A stretch of DNA of 64,000 nt from Candidatus Eiseniibacteriota bacterium (GTDB taxonomy: Bacteria; Eisenbacteria; RBG-16-71-46), in contig OY970342.1 of assembly GCA_963717505.1 (NCBI GenBank), positions 2,016,001-2,080,000 of the forward strand, read 5' to 3'. The position numbers and the translations under genes were made by a program. The notes below the pieces were generated by a model. It worked only from the letters and a program-made list of their open reading frames with translations, made no database searches and had not been told where the DNA came from. Below are positions 23,618-36,553 of this stretch, one piece after another (the stretch's first letter is position 1; each line of letters starts with the position of its first letter).

Positions 23618-24363
23618 CGGAATACCCGTTGACGCCGCCGATCATCGCGCCCTCGATCTTGTCCGCCGACTTCTCGATGTTGCCGGAAGAAGTGGCGATC
23701 GTCGATCCCAAGCGCGACTGGGTCCACTGCGACGTCATGGACCACCACTTCGTGCCGAACCTGACGTTCGGTCCGTTGGTCGTGGGGGGTGTGCGGCGAT
23801 TGACCACGGCATTCGTCGACGTCCACCTGATGATCGAGCGGCCATGGGACCTCGCTGCTGCGTTTCGCGACGCCGGCGCTGACCAGATCACGATTCATCT
23901 CGAGGCCTGCCGGCCCGAGGATCAGCCGCTACGCGAGTTCGACCCGAAGCGCGTTGAGGCCGACCGCGTGATCAAAGCACTCGCCGCGGTTCGCGAAACC
24001 GGCGCCAGGGTCGGGCTGGCGCTGAAGCCGGCCACGCCGTTCGCCGCGGCGGTGCCGTTTCTAGAGCTGGTGGACCTGGTGCTGATAATGACCGTCGAGC
24101 CCGGCTTCGGCGGGCAGTCGTTCATGACCGACATGCTGGACAAGGTTCGCGAGGCGGCCGCGTGGAAGCGCAAGCACGGTGCCCAGTGGCTGATCGAGGT
24201 CGACGGCGGGATCACGGCCGAGACGATCGTTCCCTGCCGCGCCGCGGGGGCGGAGGTGTTCGTCGCCGGGAATGCTGTGTACCGGGAGGTGACCGCTCCA
24301 CGCGCGGCGCTGGCCTCATTGCGGAAGTCCGTGCGTTCAAGCGAGCCGGCATCAAGGTCTTGA
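23614..24363 (+). CDS. rpe: Ribulose-phosphate 3-epimerase
   Basis: APSILSADF, HCDVMD, DVHLM, MTVEPGFGGQ, EVDGG. Confidence 0.95.
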   Translation: MTEYPLTPPIIAPSILSADFSMLPEEVAIVDPKRDWVHCDVMDHHFVPNLTFGPLVVGGVRRLTTAFVDVHLMIERPWDLAAAFRDAGADQITIHLEACRPEDQPLREFDPKRVEADRVIKALAAVRETGARVGLALKPATPFAAAVPFLELVDLVLIMTVEPGFGGQSFMTDMLDKVREAAAWKRKHGAQWLIEVDGGITAETIVPCRAAGAEVFVAGNAVYREVTAPRAALASLRKSVRSSEPASRS

Positions 24364-24468
24364 GGGAAAGTTCGAGAGAGCAAAATGGTTGTTGATCTGT
24401 TCACATGCACACTGGCAGTGACGGGCGGGAGCTTCAGCACGCGCCTTCGCGCCGAGGCAATCTGAAAC

Positions 24469-26118
24469 GTGGATGCGAAACGGGTTGTCTCCGTCGGGGC
24501 CGGGGTGGCCCTGTTGACCTGGTTGGTCTCTCATGCCAACGCGGGCGTCTTCAGGCCAAGAGTCGACTACCACGTGGCGGGCGATCCTTGGGCAGCGACC
24601 ATTGTGGATCCGAACCACGACGGCTCTCCCGATATCATGGTGACGCAGCATCGGACAGCCTTCTTTACGATCGACTCAAAAATCATGGTGATGGCCAACG
24701 ACCACGAGGGAGGTCTAACGCCCACGTCCAGCCTCCCTGCGATCGAGTACGGCGGATACCTGACCAGCGCCGACTTCAACGTCGATGGCCGCCTCGATGT
24801 TGCAGTCGTCACCACCAGCGATTCCGTTCAGATCATGCTGAACAATGCTGATGGCACATGGTCAACGACGCGGTTCCGCGAGCCCGGGGACCTAATTTTT
24901 GTCCGAGCAAGAGACCTCACCGGCGACGGGTTTCCCGACCTTGTGGCCGCCAATCGCTCCAGCCACAGGGTGCAAGTGTTTGCAAACGATGGTGCAGGGG
25001 GCTTCTCCCTGTGGCGAAACCTCAACGTCGTCGGGTCACCCACCGGACTTGCGATCCTTCACATCAACAGCGACGGCATTCCTGACATCGCGGTTAGCGT
25101 AGTTACTACGACCATGAGCATCCTCGTAAGCCGCGGCTTAGGCGACTACGAACGCAGGACCAGTCCGATGCCGGGATTTCAATCCCATGTCGAGGCTGCT
25201 GATCTGGATCACGATGGCGACGACGATCTCATCATGGGCCAAGGCAGCAGCATATTGATGTTGCGAAACAACGGCGACGAGACCTTTGGCCCACCGGTTG
25301 CGACGCAGGTTCCGAGCGGGGTTACGCGGCACGCCATGCTGGATTTCGATCAAGACGGCTGGGTAGACGTCGCAGCGGCATCAGCGGGATCTGAAGTAAT
25401 AACCTTGCTCCGAAACGTCGGAGGGAACCTGGTGCGTGGAGAGGATCTGCCGAGTGGAGTCATATACAACGGCCCACAAGTTGCGGACCTGGATGGGAAT
25501 GGCTACCCAGACCTGATTGGCTGCCGGGTCGAAGATGACACGGTCTCGGTGTGGATGAACGCCAACGGACCGACGACGGCGGTGCTTCTTGAGGCCGTTG
25601 ACTACACGATTGTCGACGAGGGCATCCGGCTGATATGGACGCTGGGTGGAGGATGTCCGAGCAGCGTCGGGACGGTAGAGCGACGAGACCACGTCTTGGG
25701 GACTTGGGAACCGCGAGGGAGTATCTCGGCCATCGGATCGCGGGTCGAGTATGTCGACCATGCTGCTGTCGCCGGGGAGCCGTATGCGTATCGGCTCGTC
25801 ACCGAGCGCTGCGGGATCTTGGGAGAAGTCTGGATCGACTGGGGCATTGGCTCACTGAATCTGCGCGCCGAGATCCGGCCCAATCCCGCAATCGGACGTT
25901 TCAATCTCGTGTTCGATCTTCCTCTCAGTGCCGCTGCCAACCTCGAATTGTGGGACGTCCAGGGACGACGAGTCGAGACCCGTGATCTCGGCGATCTCGG
26001 CCCCGGGCGACACAGCATTGCATTGGGGGAGGGAGCCCGGCTGGCGCCGGGCGTCTACTTGGTTCGTTTGATTCAGGGGAGCCGCGTGTTCACCACCAGG
26101 GCCTGCCTCGTCGAATGA
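24469..26118 (+). CDS. Secreted FG-GAP/VCBS-repeat protein with FlgD/T9SS-type C-terminal domain
   Basis: Signal peptide ending ANA; DFNVDGRLD, DLTGDGFPD, DLDHDGDDD, DLDGNGYPD; PNP..WDVQGRRV..PGVYLVRL; lower GC. Confidence 0.85.
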   Translation: MDAKRVVSVGAGVALLTWLVSHANAGVFRPRVDYHVAGDPWAATIVDPNHDGSPDIMVTQHRTAFFTIDSKIMVMANDHEGGLTPTSSLPAIEYGGYLTSADFNVDGRLDVAVVTTSDSVQIMLNNADGTWSTTRFREPGDLIFVRARDLTGDGFPDLVAANRSSHRVQVFANDGAGGFSLWRNLNVVGSPTGLAILHINSDGIPDIAVSVVTTTMSILVSRGLGDYERRTSPMPGFQSHVEAADLDHDGDDDLIMGQGSSILMLRNNGDETFGPPVATQVPSGVTRHAMLDFDQDGWVDVAAASAGSEVITLLRNVGGNLVRGEDLPSGVIYNGPQVADLDGNGYPDLIGCRVEDDTVSVWMNANGPTTAVLLEAVDYTIVDEGIRLIWTLGGGCPSSVGTVERRDHVLGTWEPRGSISAIGSRVEYVDHAAVAGEPYAYRLVTERCGILGEVWIDWGIGSLNLRAEIRPNPAIGRFNLVFDLPLSAAANLELWDVQGRRVETRDLGDLGPGRHSIALGEGARLAPGVYLVRLIQGSRVFTTRACLVE

Positions 26119-26124
26119 CGACGC

Positions 26125-26191
26125 TCAATACAACTCGTTCTGGAACGAGTTGCGTTAGGGCCACCTAACGCAACTGTCCGCACGGACAGTT
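26125..26191. repeat. 40-bp-period palindromic array, copy 2
   Basis: CAACTCGTTC-TG-GAACGAGTTG, site AGTTGCGTTAG-GGCCAC-CTAACGCAACT, AACTGTCCG-CA-CGGACAGTT. Confidence 0.85.
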
Positions 26192-26299
26192 CCCTGCGCT
26201 CATTTGGCCTGAGCCCCGCCTTATCCCCCCACCCGGCCTTGTGTTATGGTGCCCGCTTCCCTTGGGTAACCCGACCCCCTGGGCGGGGTGTAGGTACAC

Positions 26300-27628
26300 G
26301 TGTTCGAAGCACTTTCCGACCGACTGCAGGGCATCGTCCGTGGCCTGACCGGCCAGGTGCGGCTGACTCCCGACAACATCCGGGAGAGCCTGCGCCAGGT
26401 CCGCCGGGCCCTGCTCGAAGCCGACGTCCATCTGGAGGTCGCCCGCGAGCTGGTGGCGCGGGTCGAGGCGCGTGCCGTGGGCGATCAGGTGCTCAAGAGC
26501 CTGTCGCCGGGGCAGCAGGTGATCGGGATCGTACGCGACGAGCTGGAAGCCGTGCTCGGTCGCACGACTGTCACGCTGGGCGGCTCGCCGCACCTGCCGA
26601 CGGTGGTGCTGCTCGCCGGGCTCCAGGGTTCGGGTAAGACGACGTTCGCGGCCAAGCTCGCGCGCTGGCTCGCGCAGAAGAACAAGCGCGTGCTGCTGGC
26701 GAGCGTCGACGTGCATCGTCCGGCGGCGATCGACCAGCTCGAAGTGCTGGCCGGGCGCGCCGGGGCGTCGTTCTGGCGGGCCGAGGCGGGTACCGCGCCG
26801 GCGGCGATCGCCGAGGCGGCACGCGAAGAAGCACGGCGGCGTGGATTCGACTTCCTGGTGCTCGACACCGCGGGTCGCATGCACGTCGACCAGGAGTTGA
26901 TGGACGAGCTGCGTGTGGTTCATGCCACCGCGCGGCCGCATCAAGTGCTGCTGGTGATGGACGGCATGACGGGCCAGGAGGCCGTGCGCGTGGGTCAGGC
27001 GTTCGCCGCCGCGGTCGGCGTCGACGGCCTGGTGTTGACCAAGATGGACGGAGATGCCCGAGGCGGTGCCGCGCTGTCGCTGCGGCAGGTCACGGGCAAA
27101 CCGATCCTGTTCCTCGGGGTCGGCGAGAAGCTGGATGGGCTCGAGGCGTTCGACCCGGCGCGGCTGGCGGGGCGGATCCTGGGGATGGGTGACATCGTCG
27201 GACTGGTCGAGAAGGCCCGCGAGGTGGTGAGCGAAGACGATGCGCAGCGGATGGCTCAGCGCATGCGCAAGTCGGAGTTCACGCTCGAGGATTTCCTCGA
27301 GCAAATAAGACAAGTGAAAAAAATGGGACCGATGGAAGGGATCCTGAAGATGCTGCCCGGAGTGAACTCGCAGATGCTCGAGCAGGCGAAGCCTGATCTC
27401 GATCGGATGCGGCATTCCGAGGCGATCCTCTTGAGCATGACGCCGCGCGAGCGGCGCAACCCACGGGTGATCGACGGCAGCCGTCGCCGGCGGATTGCGG
27501 CGGGCAGCGGCAGATCGGTGCCCGAGGTGAATAGGCTGCTCAAGGAGTTCGAGCAGGCGAAGACGCTGATGAAGCATTTGAAGAAAGGCCCGCGCGGGCT
27601 CGCGGCGTTGCGTGGAATGATGCGGTAG
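26300..27628 (+). CDS. ffh: Signal recognition particle protein
   Basis: GLQGSGKTT, DTAGR, TKMDGDARGG, SMTPRER..SRRRRIAAGSG. Confidence 0.96.
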   Translation: MFEALSDRLQGIVRGLTGQVRLTPDNIRESLRQVRRALLEADVHLEVARELVARVEARAVGDQVLKSLSPGQQVIGIVRDELEAVLGRTTVTLGGSPHLPTVVLLAGLQGSGKTTFAAKLARWLAQKNKRVLLASVDVHRPAAIDQLEVLAGRAGASFWRAEAGTAPAAIAEAAREEARRRGFDFLVLDTAGRMHVDQELMDELRVVHATARPHQVLLVMDGMTGQEAVRVGQAFAAAVGVDGLVLTKMDGDARGGAALSLRQVTGKPILFLGVGEKLDGLEAFDPARLAGRILGMGDIVGLVEKAREVVSEDDAQRMAQRMRKSEFTLEDFLEQIRQVKKMGPMEGILKMLPGVNSQMLEQAKPDLDRMRHSEAILLSMTPRERRNPRVIDGSRRRRIAAGSGRSVPEVNRLLKEFEQAKTLMKHLKKGPRGLAALRGMMR

Positions 27629-27736
27629 CAGCATCGTGTCGCCGCGGACGCGTCCGCGAGCGTAGCGAGAGAATCCCGGCCGCCACGGCGGCCATGAACC
27701 ATAGATCGAACCGCTCGTTTTTCAAGGAGGACATTC

Positions 27737-28192
27737 ATGCCAGTCGTGATTCGACTCATGAGGGCCGGAGCGAAGAAGCGGCCCTTCTACCGCATGGTCG
27801 CTGCGGACTCGCGCCGCCAGCGCGACGGACGATTCCTGGAGATCCTCGGCCACTACAACCCGATCGCCCAGCCGTTCGAGCTGGTGGTGCACAAGGACAA
27901 GGTCGAGCAGTGGCTGTCGAAGGGTGCTCAGCCCTCCGAGCAGGTCGCCTCGTTGCTGCGTTCGCTGGGCATCGCGCCGCGCAAGCACGCGGCACCGCGT
28001 GTCGACAAGCCCGAAGCCGCGGCTCCGGCGCCCAAGGCTGCGAAGGCCAAGGTCGCCAAAGCCAAGGTCGCCAAGGGTGCGAAGGCCAGCGCCAAGCCGC
28101 GCGGCGCGTCGGACCGGAAGAAGAAGGCCAAGGTGCTCCGCGCTCGTCGCAAGGCCGCGGGACCCAAGACCAAGGCGGCGAAGAAGGCGTGA
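27737..28192 (+). CDS. rpsP: 30S ribosomal protein S16 with Lys/Ala-rich tail
   Basis: [36 protein letters not shown]; AAGGAGG SD. Confidence 0.95.
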   Translation: MPVVIRLMRAGAKKRPFYRMVAADSRRQRDGRFLEILGHYNPIAQPFELVVHKDKVEQWLSKGAQPSEQVASLLRSLGIAPRKHAAPRVDKPEAAAPAPKAAKAKVAKAKVAKGAKASAKPRGASDRKKKAKVLRARRKAAGPKTKAAKKA

Positions 28193-28563
28193 TTTTGCGC
28201 CGCCTCACGGGGCTGGTGCTGGTCGTAGCGCTCGCCGCAGGATGCGGTCCGCGCTCGGCCGGTGAGGCGACCGACACGCCGCCGCGGGAACGCGCGCAGC
28301 AGTTGGTCGAGTCCGGCAACCAGGCGTACCGGATCGGCGACTATCGGCTCGCGGCGCGGCGCTACGCCTCGGCCGCGGTGGTCGATCGGGAAGATCCAGC
28401 GGCGTACTTCGGCTTGGGGATGGCGCTGTCCAAGCTCGGCCGCGACGAAGAGGCGCGCGACGCCTACCGGCGCGCGCGCGAGCTGGCGCGCCGTAATGCC
28501 GTGCTCGGTTTTCAGGGGACGCCGCACGCGACGCCGCCCGACACGGCGGCGAATTCGAACTGA
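28189..28563 (+). CDS. TPR lipoprotein
   Basis: GTGA overlap; lipobox AAGC; TPR-like [19 protein letters not shown]. Confidence 0.75.
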   Translation: MILRRLTGLVLVVALAAGCGPRSAGEATDTPPRERAQQLVESGNQAYRIGDYRLAARRYASAAVVDREDPAAYFGLGMALSKLGRDEEARDAYRRARELARRNAVLGFQGTPHATPPDTAANSN

Positions 28564-31118
<2,555 letters not shown>

Positions 31119-31199
31119 CCGGGACTTCAGCACCCGACCGAAACGGCCGATTCCACTTGTGGCAGCCGACGCCGATTGGCATTATTTCAGCCCGCGAGG

Positions 31200-31838
31200 A
31201 TGGAATGGAGCCGATCGCGCCCAGCCCAGGTTTCAGGGTTCCGCGGACCTTCTGCGAGCCCGCTCGACACCCCCGGCAACCCCGCCGCCGAATTCTCGGA
31301 GAGAGTTCTGTTGTTCGCTAGCGCGTCGCGCCGGATCCTGGCGTACGTCATCGATGCCGTGTTGCTCACGGCCATCCTCTACGTTGCGTTCATCGCGTTC
31401 GGCATGGCGGTAGGCCCGCCGGTCGAGATCACGACCTCGGGCGGCAGGTTCGACTTGGAGCTGGATGTCGGGCGCGCCGAGCTGGCCGCGCTGGTGAGCG
31501 CAGCGATCAGCATGGCGTACTTTGCCGGATCGTGGGTGCTGCTGCCGGCAACCCCGGGCCAGCGACTGCTGGGCCTGTATGTGAGCCGGGCGCGGGATGC
31601 CCGCCCGTTGTCGACGGGACAAGCGGTGTTGCGCTGGGCCCTGCTGATCGGGCCGCTCTACCTGAGCGAGTTGGCGGGTCCGCTGGCGCCCGAGCTGCGG
31701 GCGCCGCTCTTCCTGCTGGCGATCCTCTGGTACGCCATCCTACTCGCCACCACGGTCCTGAGTCCCAGTCGCCAGGGACTCCACGATCGCTGGTCGGGCA
31801 GCGCTGTTCTTGCTGCACCGCGCCCGCCGGCAGTCTGA
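31200..31838 (+). CDS. RDD family membrane protein
   Basis: RRILAYVID, TPGQRLLGL, QGLHDRWSG. Confidence 0.85.
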   Translation: MEWSRSRPAQVSGFRGPSASPLDTPGNPAAEFSERVLLFASASRRILAYVIDAVLLTAILYVAFIAFGMAVGPPVEITTSGGRFDLELDVGRAELAALVSAAISMAYFAGSWVLLPATPGQRLLGLYVSRARDARPLSTGQAVLRWALLIGPLYLSELAGPLAPELRAPLFLLAILWYAILLATTVLSPSRQGLHDRWSGSAVLAAPRPPAV

Positions 31839-33544
31839 TGTTGCTCGACGCCCGCAACCTGCCCCCTGGAGCACGGATTGAGGCCGACCTGTGCATCATC
31901 GGCGCCGGCGCCATGGGTATCACACTGGCCCGCGAGTTCTCGGGTACGGGTCTCAACGTCGTCGTGCTCGAGAGCGGCGCCCCCTTGTTCGACGCGCCGA
32001 CCCAGGAGCTGGCCGGCGGCGAGATCGTGGGACTTCCGTACTTCCCGCTCGACACCTCGCGCCTGCGCTGGCTCGGAGGCACGAGCAATCACTGGGGCGG
32101 CATCTGCCGGACCATGGAGACGGCCGACTTCGAGAAGAACCCGGCGGCGCCCCACAGCGGCTGGCCGATCACGCGCGCCGATCTCGATCCGTTCTACGAG
32201 CGCGCTCGCGTCGCCTGTGGGCTGCCCTACGGCGAGGAAACGCTTCCGACGGTGCTCGAGCGGAACCGCTACCGGCCATGGCCCCTGGACGACAGCCGGA
32301 TCCTTTCCCGGGTCGGGCAGATCGTGGCGGTCGGTGACCGCAGCTTTCGCGTGCGATATCAGAAGGATCTCGAGGCGATCGCCAACGTTACGATCTACTG
32401 CGGCGCCAACGTCACTGAACTCGAGACCAACGAACCTGGCACCGTCGTCACGCGCCTTCACTTCGCGACCCTGACCGGCAACCGATTCACCGTCAGCGCC
32501 CGCCGCACGATCCTGGCGGCGGGCGGCCTCGAGAATGCGCGGCTGCTGCTGGCGTCGAATCGCCAGTGGCCGAGGGGGCTCGGCAACGCGCACGATTGCG
32601 TCGGCCGGTTCTTCTCGGATCATCCGCGGTTCGTCAGCGGCATCATCGTCCCGACGCGCCCCAACCAGTCGGTCCACTACTACGAGTATCATCGCTTCGC
32701 GCGGACCGGGCTCCACGGATACTTGGCCCTGAACCCGGAGCTGCGGGCGCGGGAGGGCCTGGTCGACGTCCAGCTCGTGCTCGTGGGCGCGTACGAAGAG
32801 ACCTTCCAGAAGGCGATCAATTCCGACGCCGTCATTGACGCTCGCGAGCTGACCGCGGCCCTCAGACGCCGGGGCCAGGTCGACCGCCTGGCCCGGCACC
32901 TGGCCAGCGTTTCGAAGGACCTCATGAGCTGGCAACAGGCGACGATCCCGGGGGCGCCGCTGCCGGTACCGTTCCCCGACCTGGTCGGCCGCCTGATGCG
33001 ATCGACGCCGATCGAGGCGCAAGCCCTGATCCCCGCCGCACTCGGTGACATCATCGGCAACGCGTACGCCAGGGCGGTCGGGGCCCCGCTGCGGCACATC
33101 AACGTCCGCACGCGGATCAATCCCGCGCCCAATCCCGACAGCCGTGTGACCCTGAGCCCCGAACGCGACGCGCTGGGTATGCCGCGGACGCGGCTCGACT
33201 GGCGGCTGAGCCCGGTCGACCACCACAGCGTGCGGCGAACCCTCGAACTCGTGGGCGCCGAGATCGGGCGGTCCGGGCTCGGCCGGCTGCAGATCGTGTT
33301 TCCCGAGGGCGAGAACACGTGGCCGGCCGACCTGGCCGGCGGCTACCACCACACCGGGACCACGCGAATGAGCGACGACCCGAAGCGCGGCGTCGTCGAT
33401 CGCAACTGCCGGCTGCACGGGGTGTCCAATCTCTACGTCGCGGGTAGCTCGGTGTTCCCGGGCGCGGGATCGGGCACGCCGACCCTGACCGCGGTCGCCC
33501 TGGCGCTGAGGCTCGCCGATCACCTGAAGGGAACGACCTCATGA
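31838..33544 (+). CDS. GMC family FAD oxidoreductase
   Basis: IIGAGAMG, GGTSNHWGG, AGGLENARLL, VGRFFSDHP, HHTGTTRM, NLYVAGSSVFP..PTLT. Confidence 0.9.
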   Translation: MLLDARNLPPGARIEADLCIIGAGAMGITLAREFSGTGLNVVVLESGAPLFDAPTQELAGGEIVGLPYFPLDTSRLRWLGGTSNHWGGICRTMETADFEKNPAAPHSGWPITRADLDPFYERARVACGLPYGEETLPTVLERNRYRPWPLDDSRILSRVGQIVAVGDRSFRVRYQKDLEAIANVTIYCGANVTELETNEPGTVVTRLHFATLTGNRFTVSARRTILAAGGLENARLLLASNRQWPRGLGNAHDCVGRFFSDHPRFVSGIIVPTRPNQSVHYYEYHRFARTGLHGYLALNPELRAREGLVDVQLVLVGAYEETFQKAINSDAVIDARELTAALRRRGQVDRLARHLASVSKDLMSWQQATIPGAPLPVPFPDLVGRLMRSTPIEAQALIPAALGDIIGNAYARAVGAPLRHINVRTRINPAPNPDSRVTLSPERDALGMPRTRLDWRLSPVDHHSVRRTLELVGAEIGRSGLGRLQIVFPEGENTWPADLAGGYHHTGTTRMSDDPKRGVVDRNCRLHGVSNLYVAGSSVFPGAGSGTPTLTAVALALRLADHLKGTTS

Positions 33545-33960
33545 GCGAGACCCGCGATCTCACCCGCCGGCGCTTCCTGCTTCTGGCGGCCGCACTCGGC
33601 GCCGGCGCGGCGGCGAGTCCGGTGTTGCGCGGGGCGTGGTCGGACGGACGTCCGGCGTCGCACGCGGCCCGGCTGCTGGACTGTTTCGGCGATCTGGAGA
33701 GCGCGCGAGCCGTCGGCAGCGCGTGTCTGGAAGTCCTGAACGACGAACGCTCGACGACAACATTGCTCCAGGCGATCGAGCGCGAGTTGGGCGGGGAGGC
33801 GGTCTATCAGGAAACGGCCTACCGGTTGCGCACGCGAATCACGGACATGGTCCGCCGCGACTTCGAGGCCCTCGACATCGTGCGCGTTCGCGGCTGGGTG
33901 CTGTCGCGGAACGAGGCGCGGCTCTATGCGCTCGCGGCGCTCGAACCCTCGAGCGCGTAG
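33541..33960 (+). CDS. Small Tat-signal protein, probable GMC partner subunit
   Basis: TRRRFL twin-arginine motif; DF....VRVRGWVLSRNEARLYAL. Confidence 0.75.
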   Translation: MSETRDLTRRRFLLLAAALGAGAAASPVLRGAWSDGRPASHAARLLDCFGDLESARAVGSACLEVLNDERSTTTLLQAIERELGGEAVYQETAYRLRTRITDMVRRDFEALDIVRVRGWVLSRNEARLYALAALEPSSA

Positions 33961-33969
33961 TCCCGATCG

Positions 33970-35646
33970 CTACTGGGTCGCCACCCGATCGGGGCCGAAC
34001 TTCTTGCCGAAATAATCGTCCGCGTTCCACTGGGGCCGCGCATCGGCCTGCGCCACGTTCCATCCGAGCAGGAAGTTGACCCGTGCGAAACGCGCGCCCG
34101 AGTCGTAGTCGATCGGCTGCTGGAGGTCGTCGGCGGGGGCGTGGTAGCGATTCTTTCGCCACTCTTCTTCGATCTCTTTGCCGTTCGCCGCCGGATCGTG
34201 GCTCTTGTTCCCGGCGGTGATGAACAGCGCCGGCACGCCCTTGCGCACGAAGGGGAACTGGTCGCTGCGGATGAACACGACCTCTTCGGGCTCGGGGTCG
34301 GGACTGACCTCGAATCGGTTGCGCGTCGCCGGATCGGCCAACATCGGACCCAGGCTCGAGTGCTCGGCGCCGAACGCGACCAGGTCGGCGACCGGATACG
34401 CCATCACGAACATGTCGAGATTCAGGTTGGCGACGATGTCCGCGACCGGCACCGTCGGGTGCTCGGTGTAGTACTCGGCGCCGAGCAGGCCCTTCTCTTC
34501 GCCGGTGGTCGCCAGGAACAGGATCGAGCGCCGCGGCGAGGTTCCCAGTCGCTTGAACGCGCGCGCCACCTCGATCATGGCGGCGATGCCCGACGCGTTG
34601 TCGAACGCGCCGTTGTTGATCGAGTCGCCGTCCACCGGTTCGCTGATGCCGATGTGATCCAGGTGGCCCGAGTAGACCACGAACTCTCCGGCCAGCGACG
34701 GGTCCGAGCCGCGCAGCACGCCGATCACGTTCGGACTCGCGGCGTCGGCCAGCTTGGAACGCGATTCGATCCGGGCCGACGTCGGCAGCGGGAAGCTGAC
34801 CGAGCGGCCGGTCTCGCAGCGGTCGAGCACCGAATCGAGGTTCGCGGCCGCGCCTTCGAACAGCCGCACGACCGACGGGCGGGACAGCGTGACCTGCCCC
34901 AGGATCTCAGGGAACACGTGATGCGGCTCGCCGCCGGGGTCGAGCCACTCGAAGCGCGGCAGCTTGGACTGGCGAACGCTTCGTTCCCAGCGCGCCATCT
35001 GGTCGTCACGTCGGGTGCGGATCTGGATGATGCCGATCGCGCCGTGCTCGACCGCGGTCTTGGCCTTCATGTAGCTCCACGAGTAGTACGCCCGCTCGTC
35101 GTTGGAGAAGCGCGCGGGAGCGCCTCGGACCATCGCCACGATCTTCCCGCGCACGTCGACGTCGCGATAGTCGTCGTGCTCGTATTCGGGTGCCGTGACG
35201 CCGTGGCCGACGAAGACCACCGGAGCCGAGACCGCGCTCTGGGCGCGCAGCGCGTCACCGCTCATGGTGAAGTCGCCGTAGGCGAGCCGAGCCTCGTGGC
35301 CGTCCCGAGCCAGCGTCACCGAGCTTCTCGCGTGCAGCAGTTCGGAGCGCCGGAACGGAACCGGCTGGAACCAGCCCTCGGTGCCGCCCGGCTCGAGTCC
35401 GGCGGCTTCGAATTGCGAGGCGACGTAGTTCGCGGCCAGGTCGTAGCCCCGAGTGCCGGTGGCGCGGCCCTCCAGCAGGTCGTCGGCCAGAAACGTCATG
35501 TGGCCGCGGATGCCGCCGGCTTCGATCGCCGCCATCGCCCGCTGCGCGTCACCGGACGGCGCGGACGATCCCCCGCACCCGGTGCACGCGAACAGCGTCA
35601 CCGCGAACAGGGGCTCGAGCCATCGCGGGGATCGCCGCAAGCTCAC
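33970..35646 (-). CDS. M28 family aminopeptidase with PA domain (lipoprotein)
   Basis: CTGC lipobox; EGRATG, GHLDHIG, GAFDNASG, GEEKGLLG, NLDM, RSDQ, YHAPAD; start GTG 35646 or TTG 35640. Confidence 0.9.
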   Translation of the reverse strand: MSLRRSPRWLEPLFAVTLFACTGCGGSSAPSGDAQRAMAAIEAGGIRGHMTFLADDLLEGRATGTRGYDLAANYVASQFEAAGLEPGGTEGWFQPVPFRRSELLHARSSVTLARDGHEARLAYGDFTMSGDALRAQSAVSAPVVFVGHGVTAPEYEHDDYRDVDVRGKIVAMVRGAPARFSNDERAYYSWSYMKAKTAVEHGAIGIIQIRTRRDDQMARWERSVRQSKLPRFEWLDPGGEPHHVFPEILGQVTLSRPSVVRLFEGAAANLDSVLDRCETGRSVSFPLPTSARIESRSKLADAASPNVIGVLRGSDPSLAGEFVVYSGHLDHIGISEPVDGDSINNGAFDNASGIAAMIEVARAFKRLGTSPRRSILFLATTGEEKGLLGAEYYTEHPTVPVADIVANLNLDMFVMAYPVADLVAFGAEHSSLGPMLADPATRNRFEVSPDPEPEEVVFIRSDQFPFVRKGVPALFITAGNKSHDPAANGKEIEEEWRKNRYHAPADDLQQPIDYDSGARFARVNFLLGWNVAQADARPQWNADDYFGKKFGPDRVATQ

Positions 35647-36344
35647 AGCTCCGATCCGAACACCGTGCCGAGACGAACCAGAATCTGATTGGAATCGTGG
35701 GTCTTCCGATCCCACGACACGTTGCCGCCCGCGCTCGTGACCTCGCCCGGGATCACGTATTCGACCCCGATTCCCGACCGAAACTCGGCGCTCAGCTCGA
35801 TCTTGCCGCCGGGGACGCCGGACATCTGACGCCGGATACCGGCTCCCGCGCTCCAGGCGAACACGGTGCTCGTGTGTCCGACGTTCGCGTCATAGCCCTG
35901 TCCGCCGGCGGTTCCCTTCAGGTGGCTGTTGGTCCAATACACGTTGAGTCCGACCATACCGAACACGAATCCGCGCATCTCCCCGCTCGCCTTCCCCAGC
36001 TCGGGTCCGATGCCGAAGAACAGGCTGGTGTTCGAGGTCTCGAGCTCGAGGACATCGCCGCCGGCGAGGTTGGCCGCCGGAACGCCGGCCACGCGCTCGA
36101 AGTTGTACCCCCAGCCCAGGCTGGAACGCAGATTGAGAAGCCGCGTGGGATCGCGGCGAACGTAGGTGGTGCCGTCCGCACCGAGTCCGAACCCGGCGAC
36201 CTCGGCCCAGTCGCCTTGTGGAAAGAGACCGACGACGTAGCCGCCTTCGGTGATCATCTCCTCCTGTGCACCGGACGTTCCGGGCAGAGCGGCCAGCGCG
36301 GCGACCATCCCAACGGCGAGCAGCGACTTGAATCCGGCATTCAT
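35643..36344 (-). CDS. Outer-membrane beta-barrel protein
   Basis: Signal peptide; amphipathic Gly/aromatic-rich strands. Confidence 0.6.
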   Translation of the reverse strand: MNAGFKSLLAVGMVAALAALPGTSGAQEEMITEGGYVVGLFPQGDWAEVAGFGLGADGTTYVRRDPTRLLNLRSSLGWGYNFERVAGVPAANLAGGDVLELETSNTSLFFGIGPELGKASGEMRGFVFGMVGLNVYWTNSHLKGTAGGQGYDANVGHTSTVFAWSAGAGIRRQMSGVPGGKIELSAEFRSGIGVEYVIPGEVTSAGGNVSWDRKTHDSNQILVRLGTVFGSEL

Positions 36345-36553
36345 GGCGACTCCCTGAGGCGCGAGTTCCTCGCGGCGAATTGAGGGGTGAGGATTGGTGG
36401 AAACGGCGCCATGGGACGGCGCGCCCGGGCATGCTATGCGAGAGGCGAACGCGAGGGAAGTGCGTCGCCGGCCGCGCGATTGCCGGGGTTTTCCGGCCGT
36501 GGCGCGCTGGGCCCGCGGTTTTGGGCCTGCGCCGCATGCAGTAGAGTCCGGGC

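Noticed and set aside
26192-26299. SRP RNA upstream of ffh
   Set aside because: No conserved SRP domain IV motif seen.
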